Under the pieces are notes generated by a model that was given only the letters and a program-made list of their open reading frames with translations, searched no databases and was not told where the DNA came from. Below, piece after piece: positions 27,474 to 33,481 of a DNA stretch of 33,481 bases (position 1 is its first letter; each line of letters starts with the position of its first letter). The position numbers and the translations under genes are program-made. This stretch comes from a virus (lineage: Duplodnaviria; Caudoviricetes), in the IMG/VR virus record IMGVR_UViG_3300020043_006832, positions 1 through 33,481 of that record; one strand, given 5' to 3'.

Positions 27474-27704
27474 TTAATCAATTGTTCTAATTATATCTCG
27501 AACACTACTAAGACTACCGCTGTCTCTAAAGTTCAAAACTCTAAGCAGGTACTTTTTAGGAGCTAGCTCAATCTCGTAGTCTTTAAGAACAATGTTCATC
27601 CATACCGTAGCATTCTTCTTAGTAAGACGGTCGTTGTAGTACCAATGCTCTTGTTCCATAATTTCGTGTTCAGGAACGATTAATTCAATTACTTTATATG
27701 CCAT
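27474..27704 (-). CDS. Hypothetical protein
   Basis: Start reassigned to 27704 (MAYKVIELIV), downstream of a consensus promoter. Confidence 0.65.
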   Translation of the reverse strand: MAYKVIELIVPEHEIMEQEHWYYNDRLTKKNATVWMNIVLKDYEIELAPKKYLLRVLNFRDSGSLSSVRDIIRTID

Positions 27705-27745
27705 AACATTTTGTTTTATGGGACATAGTCCCGATTTATAAAGCA

Positions 27746-27776
27746 CAAAGATACGACTAATTTTCATACCAACAAA
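27746..27776 (-). promoter_or_regulatory. Consensus Bacteroidota housekeeping promoter TTTG-N19-TATCTTTG
   Basis: Exact -33 TTTG and -7 TAnnTTTG with a 19-nt spacer. Confidence 0.85.
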
Positions 27777-27937
27777 TAAACTTATCCACATTATGCATTA
27801 CTTTATCCCCAAACCTCGTGGTTAGACTTTCTCCCTATGAGTAAGGTATTTGTATCAAACCGATTTAGGGTGTCTTAAAACGCCTCTAATGAGCTAATGG
27901 TTGTAAAACCAATTTACCAAATAAACTTATCCACATT
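27773..27937. repeat. 20-bp direct repeat caaataaacTTATCCACAtt x2 containing DnaA boxes
   Basis: Copies at 27773-27792 and 27918-27937. Confidence 0.85.
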
Positions 27938-27941
27938 TTTA

Positions 27942-27973
27942 AAATAAAGGGAGCCGCCTGGAAAAGCAGCTCC
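27942..27973 (-). terminator. Intrinsic terminator, - strand
   Basis: GGAGCTGC-ttttccag-GCGGCTCC followed by ctttatttt. Confidence 0.7.
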
Positions 27974-28082
27974 GATGTTTCTATTTATATTGAACTTCAC
28001 AAACTAAGTAAAAGGGACAGGAGGTAATAATCAAACTGAAATGGGCAATATCAAAATTAAATAAATAAGTAACCCCCTGTCC
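27942..28082 (-). ncRNA. Candidate small RNA (about 70-140 nt)
   Basis: TATATTTA at 28096-28089, then 6 nt later an 11-bp stem enclosing a U-rich loop, then a terminator. No credible ORF. Confidence 0.5.
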
Positions 28083-28126
28083 TATTAATAAATATAGGAA
28101 AGTAACACCACAATCCCAAATGTTTA

Positions 28127-28543
28127 TTAATCTTTTTTTAGCTTATAGCCAAATATTTTTAACTTAACCATAAACTCGTCAAGCGAGATGGTTCTGTCTT
28201 CGTTGTAAAGCTGCTCAATCCTTTCAAAATATTTACGGTGTCCAATGTGCCAGGTATTTTCCTGACCTGTAACCCACTCCAAATTTGAAACGTGGTTGTT
28301 GTCCCTGACACCGTCAATGTGGTTCACCTGTGGTTTATTATCAGGGTTGGGTATGAATGCTGCAGCTACAAGCCTGTGAATGAATTGGTGCTTCCAAATA
28401 CCATCAACAGGTAGTTTTAATTTCTTATACCCGTTTCTGTGGTAATGGTCATTCATAACCTTACCTGAGATATTATTTAGCACTACTCCTGCCTCATTGA
28501 TTGAGTAGTTGGGATTAATTGATAATTGAATAAACATAAACAT
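28127..28543 (-). CDS. HNH homing endonuclease (NUMOD4/HNH_3-like)
   Basis: IHRLVAAAFIPNPDNKPQVNHIDGVRDNNHVSNLEWVT. Start likely 28543 or 28537. Confidence 0.92.
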   Translation of the reverse strand: MFMFIQLSINPNYSINEAGVVLNNISGKVMNDHYHRNGYKKLKLPVDGIWKHQFIHRLVAAAFIPNPDNKPQVNHIDGVRDNNHVSNLEWVTGQENTWHIGHRKYFERIEQLYNEDRTISLDEFMVKLKIFGYKLKKD

Positions 28544-28550
28544 TAATATT

Positions 28551-28583
28551 AAAATAGGACAGCCACACACCGGCAGCCGTCCT
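28551..28583 (-). terminator. Hairpin/terminator upstream of the HNH gene
   Basis: AGGACGGCTGC-cggtgt-GTGGCTGTCCT-atttt on the - strand. Confidence 0.55.
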
Positions 28584-28594
28584 TTTAGGGTGGG

Positions 28595-28861
28595 TTATTT
28601 ATTTTGTTTTTCTTGTTCACACATTTTTGTTGCAAAATCAATAGCATCTTCCAATTGGGATTTAGGTACCGTAATAACACCCTCAGTCATTTCTTCGTCT
28701 TGTACCATCCATTCAAAAATGGATTTAATAACTTCCAACTCTTCTATTTGAGCATCCCAACATAAATCAGGCCTTTTATCAACCATATTCATAATGGCAT
28801 TAGCACGTGGGTCTAAAGAAATATAGATGTATTGTTTTTGTAGTTCTGTTAATTGTTTCAT
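28595..28861 (-). CDS. Hypothetical protein
   Basis: Coupled ORF in the leftward operon. Confidence 0.65.
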   Translation of the reverse strand: MKQLTELQKQYIYISLDPRANAIMNMVDKRPDLCWDAQIEELEVIKSIFEWMVQDEEMTEGVITVPKSQLEDAIDFATKMCEQEKQNK

Positions 28862-29043
28862 TATAATTTTTTTAATACGTTATAAATATTTTGCATATCA
28901 TTATATAAAGCTGCTTTACTTTTCTTATTCATATCTGACATTGCATTATTTTCAAATCCCCTTTTTATGGAATCATTCCAAATAAATAATACATTTTTAA
29001 CTGCAGATATTTCTTCGTTTGTTAATTTAATTTGTTTCATCAT
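28861..29043 (-). CDS. Hypothetical protein
   Basis: Coupled ORF; exact start uncertain (29040-29049). Confidence 0.55.
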   Translation of the reverse strand: MMKQIKLTNEEISAVKNVLFIWNDSIKRGFENNAMSDMNKKSKAALYNDMQNIYNVLKKL

Positions 29044-29353
29044 CTTCAATTTTAGATAGTGAAAAAAATACTACTGTGTAAAGGTTGGGGTCATTTTTAT
29101 ACCACGCAATTTGTCTCTCACGTAAATCATGCAGCAGGTAGCTACCGAAGATTGAGGTGATAAAAGCACCACCATAAGTATTGTTAGGTTCATCACTTGC
29201 GAAGTGTACTTTAAAATCCTCAGGGTTTGCACCATCTATTACATTTTCGTGTTCCACAATAAGTTCAAATGCATTTTCTAAAATGTCACTAACATCAGGG
29301 AAACAGTCAGCAAAATTGATTGCTGCATTTTCTTTAATTGGAGTAATTTTCAT
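29027..29353 (-). CDS. Hypothetical protein
   Basis: Coupled ORF in the leftward operon. Confidence 0.65.
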   Translation of the reverse strand: MKITPIKENAAINFADCFPDVSDILENAFELIVEHENVIDGANPEDFKVHFASDEPNNTYGGAFITSIFGSYLLHDLRERQIAWYKNDPNLYTVVFFSLSKIEDDETN

Positions 29354-29354
29354 A

Positions 29355-29621
29355 TTACTTGTTTTTATTTTCTTTAAGTGAGTTAATAATTTCTTTTGAT
29401 ACCACTAGCGTTGAGTGTGCTTTAATGCCCAATACCTTTTCAAACTGCTTAATGTCAGGATGATTTTCATCACCGTTGAAGATGAATTGCGTTAGGATTT
29501 GAGATAGTCTACATACCTCACGTACTGATGGTTTAATTTCTAATAGGTGGAACAATTCGATTGCTCTTTCCATTTGGGATTGACGGACAATTAATTCGTC
29601 CTTGTCTTTTGGTGCAGCCAT
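29355..29621 (-). CDS. Hypothetical protein
   Basis: Start reassigned to 29621 (MAAPKDKDELIVRQSQ), 1 nt after the upstream stop. Confidence 0.65.
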   Translation of the reverse strand: MAAPKDKDELIVRQSQMERAIELFHLLEIKPSVREVCRLSQILTQFIFNGDENHPDIKQFEKVLGIKAHSTLVVSKEIINSLKENKNK

Positions 29622-29622
29622 T

Positions 29623-30042
29623 TTAATTATTATTTTGAGTGTTAAAAAATTTGAAATTGGTGATGTTAGCATTTTGATAAGCAAATAAACAATGTAGAAT
29701 ATATACATCATAACTATAACCTACTGCTGAAACAGTATCATCATTATCATACTGCCACTTAGCATCTTCACTATTCAATGCTTCGAATAAATAAAATGCA
29801 AGGTATATTGCAAGTTTTTGATAGTCAGAAATGCTTCTAAAAATAAGGTACTGTTGAGATGTTAAGTAGGTTGCAGCGTCTACAACGTTCATAAGTAATA
29901 CTGCTTTAAATGCCTCAGCACCTTCCTCTACTTCATTCTCATCATAGTAATTTACAATGAAGATAGTAATAACATCAATTTGTTCCTTAGTTAGAGTGTC
30001 CCATAATAGTTTATGGTCAGGCTCCATAGTAATTCGTCTCAT
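29623..30042 (-). CDS. Hypothetical protein, first gene of leftward early operon
   Basis: Start reassigned to ATG 30042 (MRRITMEPDH) with an A-rich leader. Confidence 0.6.
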   Translation of the reverse strand: MRRITMEPDHKLLWDTLTKEQIDVITIFIVNYYDENEVEEGAEAFKAVLLMNVVDAATYLTSQQYLIFRSISDYQKLAIYLAFYLFEALNSEDAKWQYDNDDTVSAVGYSYDVYILHCLFAYQNANITNFKFFNTQNNN

Positions 30043-30152
30043 TTGATTAATTTTGATTATAGTAAAATATAACAAGGATATTTTGTAAAAAAAAATGCTG
30101 AGGCATGTACTTTTCCACATAAGATTGATTTATCAACACTACACCCCCTACC

Positions 30153-30184
30153 CTTGTTTTTATCAATTTAAATGCCTATATTAG
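30153..30184 (+). promoter_or_regulatory. Rightward early promoter (CTTG-N20-TATATTAG)
   Basis: Near-consensus Bacteroidota -33/-7 elements in the divergent intergenic region. Confidence 0.5.
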
Positions 30185-30220
30185 TAGTGGACCAATTTTT
30201 AATTAAAAGCAATATCAATT

Positions 30221-30727
30221 ATGGAAAAGAAAAACAGTTTCAAGTTCTACGTCAGTTGGAATGATGCATTAGACAAAATGGATGAACCACGAGTACGTAG
30301 GTTCCTAAAAAACCTGTGCAACCATTGCGAAGGTAAAGACATACAATTAGTAGATGTACTAGATGAAGTATTTTGGTCTCAAGTTGAACCACTATTAAAC
30401 TACAACGAAGGATTAAGACAAAAAAGAATTGCTAACGGAAAGAAAGGTGGCTTAGCAAGTTCAAGCAAACCTAAGCAAACTGTAGCAAATCAAGCAAGGC
30501 TTAGCGTAGAAGAAGAAGATGTAGTAGAAGATGATGTTGAAGTAGAAGATGTAGTAGAAGTAGAAGAAGAAGTTGTAGTAGAAGATGATGTTGAAGTAGA
30601 AGATGTAGTAGAAGTAGAAGAAGAAGTTGTAGTAGTAGAAGAAGTAGAAGAAGAAGTAGTAGTTGAAGTAGATAAGAAGAAGATGAATAGAGGAAGAAGT
30701 ATGTTTGAAGTATTAAATAATAAATAA
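30221..30727 (+). CDS. Replication initiator-like protein (DUF6291-like N-terminus)
   Basis: KKNSFKFYVSW...NGKKGG pattern followed by internal DNA repeats. Confidence 0.65.
   Translation: MEKKNSFKFYVSWNDALDKMDEPRVRRFLKNLCNHCEGKDIQLVDVLDEVFWSQVEPLLNYNEGLRQKRIANGKKGGLASSSKPKQTVANQARLSVEEEDVVEDDVEVEDVVEVEEEVVVEDDVEVEDVVEVEEEVVVVEEVEEEVVVEVDKKKMNRGRSMFEVLNNK
30451..30506 (+). repeat. 10-bp phased AGCAA repeats (candidate iterons)
   Basis: AGCAA at 30454, 30464, 30474, 30484 and 30493; AGCG at 30503. Confidence 0.7.
30521..30628 (+). repeat. Exact 54-bp tandem duplication within a C-free V/E/D-coding tract
   Basis: 30521-30574 equals 30575-30628. Confidence 0.9.
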
Positions 30728-30737
30728 AATATAGAAT

Positions 30738-30965
30738 ATGAAAAGTAAAACAAAAAAGGTACTGGTACCTAAAACCAAAACTTACGCTGAGGTAATTGAA
30801 TTACATCAACAAGAAAAATTAACTAACCCAACTATGACAGAAAAATGGTTGCTGGGTTGTTATAAGTATTATCGTTCATTACTTGTTATTCAAGAAGATG
30901 TACAGGTAGCAGAAAAATGGTGGTCTGGCTGCATTAAATCTTATAACGAAAGAATAAACAAATAA
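30738..30965 (+). CDS. Hypothetical protein
   Basis: Internal repeat EKWLLGC.K.Y / EKWWSGC.K.Y; coupled to the next gene. Confidence 0.65.
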   Translation: MKSKTKKVLVPKTKTYAEVIELHQQEKLTNPTMTEKWLLGCYKYYRSLLVIQEDVQVAEKWWSGCIKSYNERINK

Positions 30966-31432
30966 TGAAAGTAGAACTAATAGATAATAGTGATTGTGAT
31001 TTTAGTCTAAGAAATTTTAATATAAAGTTTCCAACCGACGGAGTCCACCATCCTGCAGAATTGAATGCCTATCAAATACTACAAAAGATAGTAGATGGTA
31101 CAGTTGAAATTAAAGACCATAATAAAGCAATGGATACTGGTAACCTGTTTATTGAATATAAAATAGATAAGAAAGGGGATGGTAAATTAATATCTTCAGG
31201 ACTAAGATTAACAAAAGCAGATTATTGGTTATTCAACATTGGTACTGGATTAATTTTTACTGAAACTAATTTCTTAAAACATTGCTTCAACAATAGAAAT
31301 GTATTTGGTTTAAGAACTGCAGACAATAGTAAGTATGAAACCAACCATATTGGTTATGGTTTATTAATTCCAATCAGCAGGTTACCAATGTTGTTAAAAA
31401 TTTATGAACAATACAAACTTTCAATACAATAG
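30965..31432 (+). CDS. PD-(D/E)XK-like nuclease
   Basis: VEIKD....DTGNLFIEY...SGL..TKADYW motif. Confidence 0.65.
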   Translation: MKVELIDNSDCDFSLRNFNIKFPTDGVHHPAELNAYQILQKIVDGTVEIKDHNKAMDTGNLFIEYKIDKKGDGKLISSGLRLTKADYWLFNIGTGLIFTETNFLKHCFNNRNVFGLRTADNSKYETNHIGYGLLIPISRLPMLLKIYEQYKLSIQ

Positions 31433-31447
31433 TATATATTTATTATT

Positions 31448-31521
31448 GTTGAAGATTGATTGTTATACAGGAAGACCACCACAGGTAAAGAAGTAATGCT
31501 CCCAACCTGATGGTGGTTTTT
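31448..31521 (+). ncRNA. Candidate small RNA or structured leader
   Basis: TATATTTA at 31435-31442, then stem AAGACCACCACAGGT...ACCTGATGGTGGTTTT and a T run. Confidence 0.35.
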
Positions 31522-31548
31522 CAATTAAAAAAGAGTATTTATATATAT

Positions 31549-32241
31549 ATGGTTTGTATTGATTGTAAAATAGATAAAGAAGATAAACACTTTAGAAAGT
31601 ATATCAATAAGGATGGTTACTCAATACAGAGGCATCAGTGCTACTCTTGTTTGTACAATAAGCAACGACTAAGGAATGAAAAGAAAGTGGCTGTATTGGT
31701 CTCTAATGAAGAACCAGAGGTATTGGAGGTTCAAGATGCAACTAAGAAATGTGCTGAATGTAAAAAAGTATTACCTGCAGATGATTTTTATAAAAGTCCA
31801 TTAGGTACATTATTCAAGTATTGTAAAAAGTGTCACGTTGAAAAAGCTAATGAAGGAAATAGACAATACAGAATAAATAATGGAGGTTCAACACGTGTGC
31901 CTGTTAGGTGTAATGTTTTTGCTGACCACGTACAAAAAGAACAAACACATCAGTTCTTAGAATTGTTGGGATTTAGTTATACAAATGGTGTGTGGTGGAA
32001 GAAAGGGTTTAAGACTGCAGATAAGGTATGGGAATGTTTTACTGAGACAGGTAAGAAGAAAAAGATAGGACACACAAACGGTGGGAGGAAACTACTAGCA
32101 GTACATCAACAGATGGAACAGTTAATAAAAGATTATGAAGAAGGTTTAAATTATTTTGATTTAGCGTATATTTATAAGTGTAGTCATACAAGCATAAGAA
32201 AGTTGATAAAGGAATATTATGATGAAAAGAGAGCAAATTGA
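31549..32241 (+). CDS. Double Zn-ribbon protein with C-terminal HTH
   Basis: CIDC/CYSC and CAEC/CKKC pairs; LNYFDLAYIYKCSHTSIRKLI helix-turn-helix. Start reassigned to 31549. Confidence 0.7.
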   Translation: MVCIDCKIDKEDKHFRKYINKDGYSIQRHQCYSCLYNKQRLRNEKKVAVLVSNEEPEVLEVQDATKKCAECKKVLPADDFYKSPLGTLFKYCKKCHVEKANEGNRQYRINNGGSTRVPVRCNVFADHVQKEQTHQFLELLGFSYTNGVWWKKGFKTADKVWECFTETGKKKKIGHTNGGRKLLAVHQQMEQLIKDYEEGLNYFDLAYIYKCSHTSIRKLIKEYYDEKRAN

Positions 32242-32485
32242 TTTAGGCTTTATACATATACCAAAAGCCTATTTTGATTATACATCAAAACAAAAAAAAG
32301 CAATTTGTATTAAAGCAATAGATAAATTGTTAATTTATATTGATGAGAATATAGATGACCCAACCATAAACAGGATACAATTTTTGGACGAGATATTAGA
32401 AAGTTCAATAGAATCTAACAACGAAATGGATGCTTTTGAGGTTAGTGGTTTCCTGACGGACTGCAGAAAAATGCTGAATGAATAA
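32219..32485 (+). CDS. Hypothetical protein
   Basis: Overlap-coupled ORF. Confidence 0.6.
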   Translation: MMKREQIDLGFIHIPKAYFDYTSKQKKAICIKAIDKLLIYIDENIDDPTINRIQFLDEILESSIESNNEMDAFEVSGFLTDCRKMLNE

Positions 32486-33002
32486 AGAAATAGAAAATTA
32501 TATATCACTGCATTACTACGACCTATTAGAAATAGCACGTAAGTTATGTAAAACAGACGGTGATATACATCAAGAGTTATTACACGAGTGTATAATACAA
32601 CTGTATAACAAGGATGAAATTGTGCTGAGGGATTATGATGATAATAATATCAAGTACTACATAACCGCTATAATGCGAACCAACTATTTTTCTAAGACAA
32701 GTCCGTTCCATTACAAAATTCGCAGGGAAAGAACCATAATGAATGTAGACCTATCAGCATGTTATGACTTAGAATATGAACAGGAGAATTACGAAAGAGA
32801 AGAACTATACCAATTATTAGAACAGGAGTATTGTCAACTAACGTGGTTCCAACGAGGATTGATGGATATGTACCTAACTCTTAACAGTTCAATGAAAGCG
32901 GTGAGTAGAAAAACAACTATTCCAATTGCAAGTATTTCTCGTTATTTTAAGGAGATAAGAGCAACAACAAAAGAATCAATAATAAATAAACTAAATAGAT
33001 AA
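32478..33002 (+). CDS. ECF-like RNA polymerase sigma factor
   Basis: Region 2-like QELLHECIIQLY..YITAIMR and region 4 HTH SMKAVSRKTTIPIASISRY. Confidence 0.7.
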   Translation: MNKEIENYISLHYYDLLEIARKLCKTDGDIHQELLHECIIQLYNKDEIVLRDYDDNNIKYYITAIMRTNYFSKTSPFHYKIRRERTIMNVDLSACYDLEYEQENYEREELYQLLEQEYCQLTWFQRGLMDMYLTLNSSMKAVSRKTTIPIASISRYFKEIRATTKESIINKLNR

Positions 33003-33003
33003 T

Positions 33004-33150
33004 ATGTGTAATTGCAAGGGAAACAATATTCCAAAACCAACACCTGTACCAATTGTGGTACCTGAACCAACACCGGAGATAGACCATTTTAATAACATAG
33101 ATGAAATTAAACCGATAGACAATGGACGAAATGAAGGACAAGCTGAATAA
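33004..33150 (+). CDS. 48-aa Cys/Pro-rich peptide (not in ORF track)
   Basis: MCNCKGNNIPKPTPVPIVVPEPTPE... starts 1 nt after the sigma gene stop. Confidence 0.55.
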   Translation: MCNCKGNNIPKPTPVPIVVPEPTPEIDHFNNIDEIKPIDNGRNEGQAE

Positions 33151-33463
33151 GTTAAAGGAAGAAGCAATTGCTAATCCAGGCACTAAGAAGAAAGGATGTG
33201 CAAGTTGTAAGAAGAAGAAACCAATAACAGAACCATTACCATTACCTGAACCTATTGATGTATTTGATGACGTACCAACACAGGAAGAAATTAGAAAAGC
33301 CTACGCTGATTTAAGTAGAATGGGTGGGCCATTAGAAGAACACAAGGAGTTGATAGATAAAGTTTTTATATTTCTATTTGGTAGTAAGTTTGATTATGAC
33401 TGCAAATCTTGTGGGAATAGACAATACTCACTTATCACTAACTACATTAAATCAATGAAATAA
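33122..33463 (+). CDS. Hypothetical protein with two CxxC motifs
   Basis: GCASCKKKK and DCKSCG; TAATG-coupled to terS. Confidence 0.65.
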   Translation: MDEMKDKLNKLKEEAIANPGTKKKGCASCKKKKPITEPLPLPEPIDVFDDVPTQEEIRKAYADLSRMGGPLEEHKELIDKVFIFLFGSKFDYDCKSCGNRQYSLITNYIKSMK

Positions 33464-33481
33464 TGGCTAAAGAAAATAAAG
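33361..33481. repeat. Terminal direct repeat, copy 2
   Basis: Identical to 1-121. Confidence 0.97.

Noticed and set aside
28041-28064. Mini-ORF MGNIKIK on the + strand inside the candidate sRNA
   Set aside because: Seven codons only. Promoter, G-U pairing and terminator all point to - strand transcription.
28127-28543. HNH gene as part of an intron or intein
   Set aside because: It is free-standing, with no interrupted host gene on either side.
30490-30753. Ser/Thr-rich - strand ORF
   Set aside because: Reverse reading of the C-free repeat tract in the initiator gene.
103-33463. Stop-codon reassignment
   Set aside because: Standard-code ORFs tile the genome densely with full-length core genes.
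33361-33481. 121-bp terminal repeat as a biological DTR or att site
   Set aside because: It cuts through coding sequence and its length resembles an assembler k-mer overlap, so it most likely reflects contig circularity.

Overview
A complete circular genome of a tailed dsDNA phage, probably a siphovirus. Bases 1-121 recur exactly at 33361-33481, giving a unit length of 33,360 bp. The host is very likely a Bacteroidota species, based on TTTG-N19-TAnnTTTG promoters and A-rich, SD-less translation starts. The + strand late region (103-26692) runs: terminase small subunit, a GT92/GT2-like glycosyltransferase, terminase large subunit, a frameshifted tail chaperone, tail/baseplate/fibre genes, tape measure, prohead protease, scaffold, major capsid, tail tube, portal, head-tail connector and a ferritin-like gene. 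A divergent early region (26768-33463) holds small - strand genes including an HNH, a DUF6291-like replication initiator with internal repeats, a nuclease, a Zn-ribbon/HTH protein and a sigma factor. I recognised no integrase, polymerase, helicase, tRNA, CRISPR array or endolysin. The main observations are: (1) a [S/T]-G-x-T motif repeated about 50 times, almost only in surface-exposed virion proteins, alongside a phage glycosyltransferase (candidate virion glycosylation system); (2) structured intergenic RNAs with segments complementary to the start regions of the phage's own early genes; (3) a TATATTTA promoter motif predicting leaderless late mRNAs; (4) a -1 frameshift with about 200 nt of dual coding; (5) a modular protease with a candidate cleavage motif shared with capsid and scaffold. 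All product calls come from reading motifs by eye, with no database search.
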